The notes under the pieces: generated by a model
What the model was told of the DNA's origin: nothing
Seen by the model: only the letters and a program-made list of their open reading frames with translations
The model's database searches: none
Translations under genes and position numbers: made by a program
Assembly (NCBI RefSeq): GCF_009914755.1
Contig: NC_060948.1
Source of the DNA: the human T2T-CHM13v2.0 reference genome, Homo sapiens
Direction: 5' to 3' (one strand)
Length of the DNA stretch: 64,000 bases
Shown here: piece by piece, positions 23,341 to 42,708 of the stretch
Numbering within the stretch: the stretch's first letter is position 1
Layout: every line of letters starts with the position of its first letter

Positions 23341-25443
23341 AGATCCATATTTTGTAAATGAAAAAAAATTTCAAAGGTACTCTGCTTGGTACAATAATCA
23401 AATGTATAAACTGAGGAATAAAACATAACCATGAAACCTACTTATAACTGCATATGGAAAATACAGAGGATAATTTTTTAAATAACATATTTTGAAAGCC
23501 TTAACTAGTAATTTGAAGAGTTGGCATTTGAAAGGCCAGTATGAATATACCTTCAAAGCAGCAACACAGGTTCCCCATGAGAAAAAGCAAACACAGGGAA
23601 AATAAAAACACAAAGGTTCAATCTCTTCTGACCTTTGAAAGACACAGCACAGACAGTGGTCCTTAGGACGAAGAGCAGGAGACCCCTAATTCCGTCACCA
23701 TGGCGATAGGGCATAAACATTGCTGGGTGAGGGCACAATCCACATTGTGAGGTCCAACTGCTGCCAGGAAGACAGGAGTGCTTTTACATAGACCGAAAGG
23801 TCATTGAAGGCTCAGAGTTTTGTTTCAAGAACTGAATCCCAAGCCCACACGTTATTAGGCTGCGCTTCTTAAAACAAGTTATGAGATGGGAAAAAGGGCA
23901 CCCACAAACATACGTATACATTATGTATATAATAATATACAGTATCATATATATAATATATATAACCTATGTATAATATTGTTTTACATCCTGCATCTTA
24001 TGTTATATATATTGTATAAAATATAATAGTTGATAATATATAAGTTTTATAATTATACAATATGACATATAGTATATATTATAATTTATGACATATATAA
24101 TATATGTTATATGTCATATATAGAATATATTATACGGTTAATATACGTATTAAATATAAATTATACATTATATATATTATATATAATATATCTGTTATAT
24201 ATAATACCCATTATGCATAATATATATATTATGTCTATGTTATATATAGTATAAAACAACATATAATAATATATAATTGTATATATAAAATGCGACATAT
24301 AATATATATTATATTTTATAACATATGTAATATATATTATATATTATATATAATACGTTGTATGTATAATACCTATATTAAATATATATTATATGACTAT
24401 GTTATTAATTACATGTCACATGTGTTATATATTATATATTTTACATAGAATATACCGGTTACATACAATATATACTATGTTACCTATAATGTATAATTTA
24501 TTACATGTAAAATAAAGAATGCAATATATTATGTAAAATTTATAATATACCATATGTGGAATGTGATATATATAACATATAATATATGATATATGATATA
24601 CAGTATATGATATATAACATACAATATATGATTCCTAATATATATGGTATACAATATATATTTTATGATATGTATTCTATATGTTTTATATTCTGTTATA
24701 TATAACTATTTGAAATTATATATAACTGTATAATATTTTATGTAAATATGTAATATAATATATATAACTATATAATATATTATATATAACTATATATTAT
24801 GTTATATATACTTTTATAACATAATTTACATAAAATATCATAATATAATATATATTATATTATTTCATATTACATAATATATATTACATATCACCCAATA
24901 TAACTAACATACATAATATTATAATATAGATTATATTATGTTATATTAAATATCATATATATCATGTATCATATATTCTATAATATATATTACACATTAT
25001 ATAATATGTATGTTGTCTATTATGTGATATATATAACTATATATAATTATATTTTTATACATATAACTAGATAAACATGTAATTCTACATATTTTCGTTT
25101 ATAATATGTAGAATTATATAATCATATATAATTATTTATATTCTATAAAAAATTTTATCATTATATAAATTATAATATATAAAAATTATAATATGTACTA
25201 CAAATATATATATTATATATCATATATGCTATAGTACCTTTGTTATATATCATAATACATATAAATGTGTATTATGTTATCTATAATTATATAATTTCAT
25301 ATATAAGTTGTATAATATGAATCATATATTATATATGTTATGTAATATATATAGTATATATAAGATGACACAGGATAAATATTATATACTATGAGATATA
25401 AAATATATGAGGTTATATGTTACATATAAGGCATAGCACATAA

Positions 25444-25758
<315 letters not shown>

Positions 25759-27886
25759 AGATCCATATTTTTTAAATGAAAAAAAATTTCAAAGGTACTC
25801 TGCTTGGTACAATAATCAAATGTATAAACTGAGGAATAAAACATAACCATGAAACCTACTTATAACTGCATATGGAAAATACAGAGGATAATTTTTTAAA
25901 TAACATATTTTGAAAGCCTTAACTAGTAATTTGAAGAGCTGGCATTTGAAAGGCCAGTATGAATATACCTTCAAAGCAGCAACACAGGTTCCCCATGAGA
26001 AAAAGCAAACACAGGGAAAATAAAAACACAAAGGTTCAATCTCTTCTGACCTTTGAAAGACACAGCACAGACAGTGGTCCTTAGGACGAAGAGCAGGAGA
26101 CCCCTAATTCCGTCACCATGGCGATAGGGCATAAACATTGCTGGGTGAGGGCACAATCCACATTGTGAGGTCCAACTGCTGCCAGGAAGACAGGAGTGCT
26201 TTTACATAGACCGAAAGGTCATTGAAGGCTCAGAGTTTTGTTTCAAGAACTGAATCCCAAGCCCACACGTTATTAGGCTGCGCTTCTTTAAACAAGTTAT
26301 GAGATGGGAAAAAGGGCACCCACAAACATACGTATACATTATGTATATAATAATATACAGTATCATATATATAATATATATAACCTATGTATAATATTGT
26401 TTTACATCCTGCATCTTATGTTATATATATTGTATAAAATATAATAGTTGATAATATATAAGTTTTATAATTATACAATATGACATATAGTATATATTAT
26501 AATTTATGACATATATAATATATGTTATATGTCATATATAGAATATATTATACGGTTAATATACGTATTAAATATAAATTATACATTATATATATTATAT
26601 ATAATATATCTGTTATATATAATACCCATTATGCATAATATATATATTATATCTATGTTATATATAGTATAAAACAACATATAATAATATATAATTGTAT
26701 ATATAAAATGCGACATATAATATATATTATATTTTATAACATATGTAATATATATTATATATTATATATAATACGTTGTAAGTATAATACCTATATTAAA
26801 TATATATTATATGACTATGTTATTAATTACATGTCACATGTGTTATATATTATATATTTTACATAGAATATACCGGTTACATACAATATATACTATGTTA
26901 CCTATAATGTATAATTTATTACATGTAAAATAAAGAATGCAATATATTATGTATAATTTATAATATACCATATGTGGAATGTGATATATATAACATATAA
27001 TATATGATATATGATATACAGTATATGATATATAACATACAATATATGATTCCTAATATATATGGTATACAATATATATTTTATGATATGTATTCTATAT
27101 GTTTTATATTCTGTTATATATAACTATTTGAAATTATATATAACTGTATAATATTTTATGTAAATATGTAATATAATATATATAACTATATAATATATTA
27201 TATATAACTATATATTATGTTATATATACTTTTATAACATAATTTACATAAAATATCATAATATAATATATATTATATTATTTCATATTACATAATATAT
27301 ATTACATATCACCCAATATAACTAACATACATAATATTATAATATAGATTATATTGCGTTATATTAAATATCATATATATCATGTATCATATATTCTATA
27401 ATATATATTACACATTATATAATATGTATGTTGTCTATTATGTGATATATATAACTATATATATAATTATATTTTTATACATATAACTAGATAAACATGT
27501 AATTCTACATATTTTCATTTATAATATGTAGAATTATATAATCATATATAATTATTTATATTCTATAAAAAATTTTATCATTATATAAATTATAATATAT
27601 AAAAATTATAATATGTACTACAAATATATATATTATATATCATATATGCTATAGTACTATTGTTATATTTCATAATACATATAAATGTGTATTATGTTAT
27701 CTATAATTATATAATTTCATATATAAGGTGTATAATATGTATCATAAATTATATATGTTGTGTAATATATATAGTATATATAAGATGACACAGGATAAAT
27801 ATTATATACTATGACATATAAAATATATGAGGTTATATGTTACATATAAGGCATAGCACATAACATGTAATATATATCATATATAA

Positions 27887-28178
27887 TTTTTTTTTAGACA
27901 GAATCTTGTCCTGTTGCACAGGGTGGGGTACAATAGCGCCATCTTTGCTGACTGCAAATTCTGCCTCACGGGTCCAAGCGATTGTCCTCCCTCAGCCTCC
28001 CAGGTAGCTGGGACTACACCACACTGGGACTACACCAGCTGCCACCATGCCTAGCTAATTTTTTGGAGTTTTAGTAGTGACAGCGTTTCACTGTATTGGC
28101 CAGGATGGTCTTGATCTCTTCACCTTGTGATCCCCTTGCCTTGGCCTCCAAATTTGCTGGGATTACAGGCCTGAGCCA
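27887..28178 (-). mobile_element. Alu copy 12
   Basis: Same antisense Alu sequence with several private substitutions. Confidence 0.95.
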
Positions 28179-30283
28179 AGATCCATATTTTTTAAATGAA
28201 AAAAAATTTCAAAGGTACTCTGCTTGGTACAATAATCAAATGTATAAACTGAGGAATAAAACATAACCATGAAACCTACTTATAACTGCATATGGAAAAT
28301 ACAGAGGATAATTTTTTAAATAACATATTTTGAAAGCCTTAACTAGTAATTTGAAGAGTTGGCATTTGAAAGGCCAGTATGAATATACCTTCAAAGCAGC
28401 AACACAGGTTCCCCATGAGAAAAAGCAAACACAGGGAAAATAAAAACACAAAGGTTCAATCACTTCTGACCTTTGAAAGACACAGCACAGACAGTGGTCC
28501 TTAGGACGAAGAGCAGGAGACCCCTAATTCCGTCACCATGGCGATAGGGCATAAACATTGCTGGGTGAGGGCACAATCCACATTGTGAGGTCCAACTGCT
28601 GCCAGGAAGACAGGAGTGCTTTTACATAGACCGAAAGGTCATTGAAGGCTCAGAGTTTTGTTTCAAGAACTGAATCCCAAGCCCACACGTTATTAGGCTG
28701 CGCTTCTTAAAACAAGTTATGAGATGGGAAAAAGGGCACCCACAAACATACGTATACATTATGTATATAATAATATACAGTATCATATATATAATATATA
28801 TAACCTATGTATAATACTGTTTTACATCCTGCATCTTATGTTATATATATTGTATAAAATATAATAATTGATAATATATAAGTTTTATAATTATACAATA
28901 TGACATATAGTATATATTATAATTTATGACATATATAATATATGTTATATGTCATATATAGAATATATTATACGGTTAATATACGTATTAAATATAAATT
29001 ATACATTATATATATTATATACAATATATCTGTTATATATAATACCCATTATGCATAATATATATATTATGTCTATGTTATATATAGTATAAAACAACAT
29101 ATAATAATATATAATTGTATATATAAAATGCGACATATAATATATATTATATTTTATAACATATGTAATATATATTATATATTATATATAATACGTTGTA
29201 TGTATAATACCTATATTAAATATATATTATATGACTATGTTATTAATTACATGTCACATGTGTTATATATTATATATTTTACATAGAATATACCGGTTAC
29301 GTACAATATATACTATGTTACCTATAATGTATAATTTATTACATGTAAAATAAAGAATGCAATATATTATGTATAATTTATAATATACCATATGTGGAAT
29401 GTGATATATATAACATATAATATATGATATATGATATACAGTATATGATATATAACATACAATATATGATTCCTAATATATATGGTATACAATATATATT
29501 TTATGATATGTATTCTATATGTTTTATATTCTGTTATATATAACTATTTGAAATTATATATAACTGTATAATATTTTATGTAAATATGTAATATAATATA
29601 TATAACTATATAATATATTATATATAACTATATATTATGTTATATATACTTTTATAACATAATTTACATAAAATATCATAATATAATATATATTATATTA
29701 TTTCATATTACATAATATATATTACATATCACCCAATATAACTAACATACATAATATTATAATATAGATTATATTGTGTTATATTAAATATCATATATAT
29801 CATGTATCATATATTCTATAATATATATTACACATTATATAATATGTATGTTGTCTATTATGTGATATATATAACTATATATATAATTATATTTTTATAC
29901 ATATAACTAGATAAACATGTAATTCTACATATTTTCATTTATAATATGTAGAATTATATAATCATATATAATTATTTATATTCTATAAAAAATTTTATCA
30001 TTATATAAATTATAATATATAAAAATTATAATATGTACTACAAATATATATATTATATATCATATATGATATAGTACCTTTGTTATATATCATAATACAT
30101 ATACATGTGTATTATGTTATCTATAATTATATAATTTCATATATAAGATGTATAATATGTATCATATATTATATAAGTTATGTAATATATATAGTATATA
30201 TAAGATGACACAGGATAAATATTATATACTATGACATATAAAATATATGAGGTTATATGTTACATATAAGGCATAGCACATAA

Positions 30284-30598
<315 letters not shown>

Positions 30599-32705
30599 AG
30601 ATCCATATTTTTTAAATGAAAAAAAATTTCAAAGGTACTCTGCTTGGTACAATAATCAAATGTATAAACTGAGGAATAAAACATAACCATGAAACCTACT
30701 TATAACTGCATATGGAAAATACAGAAGATAATTTTTTAAATAACATATTTTGAAAGCCTTAACTAGTAATTTGAAGAGTTGGCATTTGAAAGGCCAGTAT
30801 GAATATACCTTCAAAGCAGCAACACAGGTTCCCCATGAGAAAAAGCAAACACAGGGAAAATTAAAACACAAAGGTTCAATCTCTTCTGACCTTTGAAAGA
30901 CACAGCACAGACAGTGGTCCTTTGGAGGAAGAGCACGAGACCCCTAATTCCGTCACCATGGCGATAGGGCATAAACATTGCTGGGTGAGGGCACAATCCA
31001 CATTGTGAGGTCCAACTGCTGCCAGGAAGACAGGAGTGCTTTTACATAGACCGAAAGGTCATTGAAGGCTCAGAGTTTTGTTTCAAGAACTGAATCCCAA
31101 GCCCACACGTTATTAGGCTGCGCTTCTTAAAACAAGTTATGAGATGGGAAAAAGGGCACCCACAAACATACGTATACATTATGTATATAATAATATACAG
31201 TATCATATATATAATATATATAACCTATGTATAATACTGTTTTACATCCTGCATCTTATGTTATATATATTGTATAAAATATAATAATTGATAATATATA
31301 AGTTTTATAATTATACAATATGACATATAGTATATATTATAATTTATGACATATATAATATATGTTATATGTCATATATAGAATATATTATACGGTTAAT
31401 ATACGTATTAAATATAAATTATACATTATATATATTATATACAATATATCTGTTATATATAATACCCATTATGCATAATATATATATTATGTCTATGTTA
31501 TATATAGTATAAAACAACATATAATAATATATAATTGTATATATAAAATGCGACATATAATATATATTATATTTTATAACATATGTAATATATATTATAT
31601 ATTATATATAATACGTTGTATGTATAATACCTATATTAAATATATATTATATGACTATGTTATTAATTACATGTCACATGTGTTATATATTATATATTTT
31701 ACATAGAATATACCGGTTACGTACAATATATACTATGTTACCTATAATGTATAATTTATTACATGTAAAATAAAGAATGCAATATATTATGTATAATTTA
31801 TAATATACAATATGTGGAATGTGACATATGTAACATATAATATATGATATATGATATACAGTATATGATATATAACATACAATATATGATTCCTAATATA
31901 TATGGTATACAATATATATTTTATGATATGTATTCTATATGTTTTATATTCTGTTATATATAACTATTTGAAATTATATATAACTGTATAATATTTTATG
32001 TAAATATGTAATATAATATATATAACTATATAATATATTATATATAACTATATATTATGTTATATATACTTTTATAACATAATTTACATAAAATATCATA
32101 ATATAATATATATTATATTATTTCATATTACATAATATATATTACATATCACCCAATATAACTAACATACATAATATTATAATATAGATTATATTATGTT
32201 ATATTAAATATCATATATATCATGTATCATATATTCTATAATATATATTACACATTATATAATATGTATGTTGTCTATTATGTGATATATATAACTCAAT
32301 ATATAATTATATTTTTATACATATAACTAGATAAACATGTAATTCTACATATTTTCATTTATAATATGTAGAATTATATAATCATATATAATTATTTATA
32401 TTCTATAAAAAATTTTATCATTATATAAATTATAATATATAAAAATTATAATATGTACTACAAATATATATATATTATATATCATATATGATATAGTACC
32501 TTTGTTATATATCATAATACATATAAATGTGTATTATGTTATCTATAATTATATAATTTCATATATAAGATGTATAATATGTATCATATATTATATATGT
32601 TATGTAATATATATAGTATATATAAGATGACACAGGATAAATATTATATACTATGACATATAAAATATATGAGGTTATATGTTACATATAAGGCATAGCA
32701 CATAA

Positions 32706-33020
<315 letters not shown>

Positions 33021-35127
33021 AGATCCATATTTTGTAAATGAAAAAAAATTTCAAAGGTACTCTGCTTGGTACAATAATCAAATGTATAAACTGAGGAATA
33101 AAACATAACCATGAAACCTACTTATAACTGCATATGGAAAATACAGAGGATAATTTTTTAAATAACATATTTTGAAAGCCTTAACTAGTAATTTGAAGAG
33201 TTGGCATTTGAAAGGCCAGTATGAATAAACCTTCAAAGCAGCAACACAGGTTCCCCATGAGAAAAAGCAAACACAGGGAAAATAAAAACACAAAGGTTCA
33301 ATCTCTTCTGACCTTTGAAAGACACAGCACAGACAGTGGTCCTTAGGACGAAGAGCAGGAGACCCCTAATTCCGTCACCATGGCGATAGGGCATAAACAT
33401 TGCTGGGTGAGGGCACAATCCACATTGTGAGGTCCAACTGCTGCCAGGAAGACAGGAGTGCTTTTACATAGACCGAAAGGTCATTGAAGGCTCAGAGTTT
33501 TGTTTCAAGAACTGAATCCCAAGCCCACACGTTATTAGGCTGCGCTTCTTAAAACAAGTTATGAGATGGGAAAAAGGGCACCCACAAACATACGTATACA
33601 TTATGTATATAATAATATACTGTATCATATATATAATATATATAACCTATGTATAATATTGTTTTACATCCTGCATCTTATGTTATATATATTGTATAAA
33701 ATATAATAATTGATAATATATAAGTTTTATAATTATACAATATGACATATAGTATATATTATAATTTATGACATATATAATATATGTTATATATCATATA
33801 TAGAATATATTATACGGTTAATATACGTATTAAATATAAATTATACCTTATATATATTATATATAATATATCTGTTATATATAATACCCATTATGCATAA
33901 TATATATATTATGTCTATGTTATATATAGTATAAAACAACATATTATAATATATAATTGTATATATAAAATGCGACATATAATATATATTATATTTTATA
34001 ACATATGTAATATATATTATATATTATATATAATACGTTGTATGTATAATACCTATATTAAATATATATTATATGACTATGTTATTAATTACATGTCACA
34101 TGTGTTATATATTATATATTTTACATAGAATATACCGGTTACATACAATATATACTATGTTACCTATAATGTATAATTTATTACATGTAAAATAAAGAAT
34201 GCAATATATTATGTATAATTTATAATATACAATATGTGGAATGTGACATATGTAACATATAATATATGATATATGATATACAGTATATGATATATAACAT
34301 ACAATATATGATTCCTAATATATATGGTATACAATATATATTTTATGATATGTATTCTATATGTTTTATATTCTGTTATATATAACTATTTGAAATTATA
34401 TATAACTGTATAATATTTTATGTAAATATGTAATATAATATATATAACTATATAATATATTATATATAACTATATATTATGTTATATATACTTTTATAAC
34501 ATAATTTACATAAAATATCATAATATAATATATATTATATTATTTCATATTACATAATATATATTACATATCACCCAATATAACTAACATACATAATATT
34601 ATAATATAGATTATATTATGTTATATTAAATATCATATATATCATGTATCATATATTCTATAATATATATTACACATTATATAATATGTATGTTGTCTAT
34701 TATGTGATATATATAACTCAATATATAATTATATTTTTATACATATAACTAGATAAACATGTAATTCTACATATTTTCATTTATAATATGTAGAATTATA
34801 TAATCATATATAATTATTTATATTCTATAAAAAATTTTATCATTATATAAATTATAATATATAAAAATTATAATATGTACTACAAATATATATATATTAT
34901 ATATCATATATGATATAGTACCTTTGTTATATATCATAATACATATAAATGTGTATTATGTTATCTATAATTATATAATTTCATATATAAGATGTATAAT
35001 ATGTATCATATATTATATATGTTATGTAATATATATAGTATATATAAGATGACACAGGATAAATATTATATACTATGACATATAAAATATATGAGGTTAT
35101 ATGTTACATATAAGGCATAGCACATAA

Positions 35128-35442
<315 letters not shown>

Positions 35443-37549
35443 AGATCCATATTTTGTAAATGAAAAAAAATTTCAAAGTTACTCTGCTTGGTACAATAAT
35501 CAAATGTATAAACTGAGGAATAAAACATAACCATGAAACCTACTTATAACTGCATATGGAAAATACAGAGGATAATTTTTTAAATAACATATTTTGAAAG
35601 CCTTAACTAGTAATTTGAAGAGTTGGCATTTGAAAGGCCAGTATGAATAAACCTTCAAAGCAGCAACACAGGTTCCCCATGAGAAAAAGCAAACACAGGG
35701 AAAATAAAAACACAAAGGTTCAATCTCTTCTGACCTTTGAAAGACACAGCACAGACAGTGGTCCTTAGGACGAAGAGCAGGAGACCCCTAATTCCGTCAC
35801 CATGGCGATAGGGCATAAACATTGCTGGGTGAGGGCACAATCCACATTGTGAGGTCCAACTGCTGCCAGGAAGACAGGAGTGCTTTTACATAGACCGAAA
35901 GGTCATTGAAGGCTCAGAGTTTTGTTTCAAGAACTGAATCCCAAGCCCACACGTTATTAGGCTGCGCTTCTTAAAACAAGTTATGAGATGGGAAAAAGGG
36001 CACCCACAAACATACGTATACATTATGTATATAATAATATACTGTATCATATATATAATATATATAACCTATGTATAATATTGTTTTACATCCTGCATCT
36101 TATGTTATATATATTGTATAAAATATAATAATTGATAATATATAAGTTTTATAATTATACAATATGACATATAGTATATATTATAATTTATGACATATAT
36201 AATATATGTTATATATCATATATAGAATATATTATACGGTTAATATACGTATTAAATATAAATTATACCTTATATATATTATATATAATATATCTGTTAT
36301 ATATAATACCCATTATGCATAATATATATATTATGTCTATGTTATATATAGTATAAAACAACATATAATAATATATAATTGTATATATAAAATGCGACAT
36401 ATAATATATATTATATTTTATAACATATGTAATATATATTATATATTATATATAATACGTTGTATGTATAATACCTATATTAAATATATATTATATGACT
36501 ATGTTATTAATTACATGTCACATGTGTTATATATTATATATTTTACATAGAATATACCGGTTACGTACAATATATACTATGTTACCTATAATGTATAATT
36601 TATTACATGTAAAATAAAGAATGCAATATATTATGTATAATTTATAATATACAATATGTGGAATGTGACATATGTAACATATAATATATGATATATGATA
36701 TACAGTATATGATATATAACATACAATATATGATTCCTAATATATATGGTATACAATATATATTTTATGATATGTATTCTATATGTTTTATATTCTGTTA
36801 TATATAACTATTTGAAATTATATATAACTGTATAATATTTTATGTAAATATGTAATATAATATATATAACTATATAATATATTATATATAACTATATATT
36901 ATGTTATATATACTTTTATAACATAATTTACATAAAATATCATAATATAATATATATTATATTATTTCATATTACATAATATATATTACATATCACCCAA
37001 TATAACTAACATACATAATATTATAATATAGATTATATTATGTTATATTAAATATCATATATATCATGTATCATATATTCTATAATATATATTACACATT
37101 ATATAATATGTATGTTGTCTATTATGTGATATATATAACTCAATATATAATTATATTTTTATACATATAACTAGATAAACATGTAATTCTACATATTTTC
37201 ATTTATAATATGTAGAATTATATAATCATATATAATTATTTATATTCTATAAAAAATTTTATCATTATATAAATTATAATATATAAAAATTATAATATGT
37301 ACTACAAATATATATATATTATATATCATATATGATATAGTACCTTTGTTATATATCATAATACATATAAATGTGTATTATGTTATCTATAATTATATAA
37401 TTTCATATATAAGATGTATAATATGTATCATATATTATATATGTTATGTAATATATATAGTATATATAAGATGACACAGGATAAATATTATATACTATGA
37501 CATATAAAATATATGAGGTTATATGTTACATATAAGGCATAGCACATAA

Positions 37550-37864
<315 letters not shown>

Positions 37865-39971
37865 AGATCCATATTTTGTAAATGAAAAAAAATTTCAAAG
37901 GTACTCTGCTTGGTACAATAATCAAATGTATAAACTGAGGAATAAAACATAACCATGAAACCTACTTATAACTGCATATGGAAAATACAGAGGATAATTT
38001 TTTAAATAACATATTTTGAAAGCCTTAACTAGTAATTTGAAGAGTTGGCATTTGAAAGGCCAGTATGAATAAACCTTCAAAGCAGCAACACAGGTTCCCC
38101 ATGAGAAAAAGCAAACACAGGGAAAATAAAAACACAAAGGTTCAATCTCTTCTGACCTTTGAAAGACACAGCACAGACAGTGGTCCTTAGGACGAAGAGC
38201 AGGAGACCCCTAATTCCGTCACCATGGCGATAGGGCATAAACATTGCTGGGTGAGGGCACAATCCACATTGTGAGGTCCAACTGCTGCCAGGAAGACAGG
38301 AGTGCTTTTACATAGACCGAAAGGTCATTGAAGGCTCAGAGTTTTGTTTCAAGAACTGAATCCCAAGCCCACACGTTATTAGGCTGCGCTTCTTAAAACA
38401 AGTTATGAGATGGGAAAAAGGGCACCCACAAACATACGTATACATTATGTATATAATAATATACTGTATCATATATATAATATATATAACCTATGTATAA
38501 TATTGTTTTACATCCTGCATCTTATGTTATATATATTGTATAAAATATAATAATTGATAATATATAAGTTTTATAATTATACAATATGACATATAGTATA
38601 TATTATAATTTATGACATATATAATATATGTTATATATCATATATAGAATATATTATACGGTTAATATACGTATTAAATATAAATTATACCTTATATATA
38701 TTATATATAATATATCTGTTATATATAATACCCATTATGCATAATATATATATTATGTCTATGTTATATATAGTATAAAACAACATATAATAATATATAA
38801 TTGTATATATAAAATGCGACATATAATATATATTATATTTTATAACATATGTAATATATATTATATATTATATATAATACGTTGTATGTATAATACCTAT
38901 ATTAAATATATATTATATGACTATGTTATTAATTACATGTCACATGTGTTATATATTATATATTTTACATAGAATATACCGGTTACGTACAATATATACT
39001 ATGTTACCTATAATGTATAATTTATTACATGTAAAATAAAGAATGCAATATATTATGTATAATTTATAATATACAATATGTGGAATGTGACATATGTAAC
39101 ATATAATATATGATATATGATATACAGTATATGATATATAACATACAATATATGATTCCTAATATATATGGTATACAATATATATTTTATGATATGTATT
39201 CTATATGTTTTATATTCTGTTATATATAACTATTTGAAATTATATATAACTGTATAATATTTTATGTAAATATGTAATATAATATATATAACTATATAAT
39301 ATATTATATATAACTATATATTATGTTATATATACTTTTATAACATAATTTACATAAAATATCATAATATAATATATATTATATTATTTCATATTACATA
39401 ATATATATTACATATCACCCAATATAACTAACATACATAATATTATAATATAGATTATATTATGTTATATTAAATATCATATATATCATGTATCATATAT
39501 TCTATAATATATATTACACATTATATAATATGTATGTTGTCTATTATGTGATATATATAACTCAATATATAATTATATTTTTATACATATAACTAGATAA
39601 ACATGTAATTCTACATATTTTCATTTATAATATGTAGAATTATATAATCATATATAATTATTTATATTCTATAAAAAATTTTATCATTATATAAATTATA
39701 ATATATAAAAATTATAATATGTACTACAAATATATATATATTATATATCATATATGATATAGTACCTTTGTTATATATCATAATACATATAAATGTGTAT
39801 TATGTTATCTATAATTATATAATTTCATATATAAGATGTATAATATGTATCATATATTATATATGTTATGTAATATATATAGTATATATAAGATGACACA
39901 GGATAAATATTATATACTATGACATATAAAATATATGAGGTTATATGTTACATATAAGGCATAGCACATAA

Positions 39972-40286
<315 letters not shown>

Positions 40287-42393
40287 AGATCCATATTTTG
40301 TAAATGAAAAAAAATTTCAAAGGTACTCTGCTTGGTACAATAATCAAATGTATAAACTGAGGAATAAAACATAACCATGAAACCTACTTATAACTGCATA
40401 TGGAAAATACAGAGGATAATTTTTTAAATAACATATTTTGAAAGCCTTAACTAGTAATTTGAAGAGTTGGCATTTGAAAGGCCAGTATGAATAAACCTTC
40501 AAAGCAGCAACACAGGTTCCCCATGAGAAAAAGCAAACACAGGGAAAATAAAAACACAAAGGTTCAATCTCTTCTGACCTTTGAAAGACACAGCACAGAC
40601 AGTGGTCCTTAGGACGAAGAGCAGGAGACCCCTAATTCCGTCACCATGGCGATAGGGCATAAACATTGCTGGGTGAGGGCACAATCCACATTGTGAGGTC
40701 CAACTGCTGCCAGGAAGACAGGAGTGCTTTTACATAGACCGAAAGGTCATTGAAGGCTCAGAGTTTTGTTTCAAGAACTGAATCCCAAGCCCACACGTTA
40801 TTAGGCTGCGCTTCTTAAAACAAGTTATGAGATGGGAAAAAGGGCACCCACAAACATACGTATACATTATGTATATAATAATATACTGTATCATATATAT
40901 AATATATATAACCTATGTATAATATTGTTTTACATCCTGCATCTTATGTTATATATATTGTATAAAATATAATAATTGATAATATATAAGTTTTATAATT
41001 ATACAATATGACATATAGTATATATTATAATTTATGACATATATAATATATGTTATATATCATATATAGAATATATTATACGGTTAATATACGTATTAAA
41101 TATAAATTATACCTTATATATATTATATATAATATATCTGTTATATATAATACCCATTATGCATAATATATATATTATGTCTATGTTATATATAGTATAA
41201 AACAACATATTATAATATATAATTGTATATATAAAATGCGACATATAATATATATTATATTTTATAACATATGTAATATATATTATATATTATATATAAT
41301 ACGTTGTATGTATAATACCTATATTAAATATATATTATATGACTATGTTATTAATTACATGTCACATGTGTTATATATTATATATTTTACATAGAATATA
41401 CCGGTTACATACAATATATACTATGTTACCTATAATGTATAATTTATTACATGTAAAATAAAGAATGCAATATATTATGTATAATTTATAATATACAATA
41501 TGTGGAATGTGACATATGTAACATATAATATATGATATATGATATACAGTATATGATATATAACATACAATATATGATTCCTAATATATATGGTATACAA
41601 TATATATTTTATGATATGTATTCTATATGTTTTATATTCTGTTATATATAACTATTTGAAATTATATATAACTGTATAATATTTTATGTAAATATGTAAT
41701 ATAATATATATAACTATATAATATATTATATATAACTATATATTATGTTATATATACTTTTATAACATAATTTACATAAAATATCATAATATAATATATA
41801 TTATATTATTTCATATTACATAATATATATTACATATCACCCAATATAACTAACATACATAATATTATAATATAGATTATATTATGTTATATTAAATATC
41901 ATATATATCATGTATCATATATTCTATAATATATATTACACATTATATAATATGTATGTTGTCTATTATGTGATATATATAACTCAATATATAATTATAT
42001 TTTTATACATATAACTAGATAAACATGTAATTCTACATATTTTCATTTATAATATGTAGAATTATATAATCATATATAATTATTTATATTCTATAAAAAA
42101 TTTTATCATTATATAAATTATAATATATAAAAATTATAATATGTACTACAAATATATATATATTATATATCATATATGATATAGTACCTTTGTTATATAT
42201 CATAATACATATAAATGTGTATTATGTTATCTATAATTATATAATTTCATATATAAGATGTATAATATGTATCATATATTATATATGTTATGTAATATAT
42301 ATAGTATATATAAGATGACACAGGATAAATATTATATACTATGACATATAAAATATATGAGGTTATATGTTACATATAAGGCATAGCACATAA

Positions 42394-42708
<315 letters not shown>

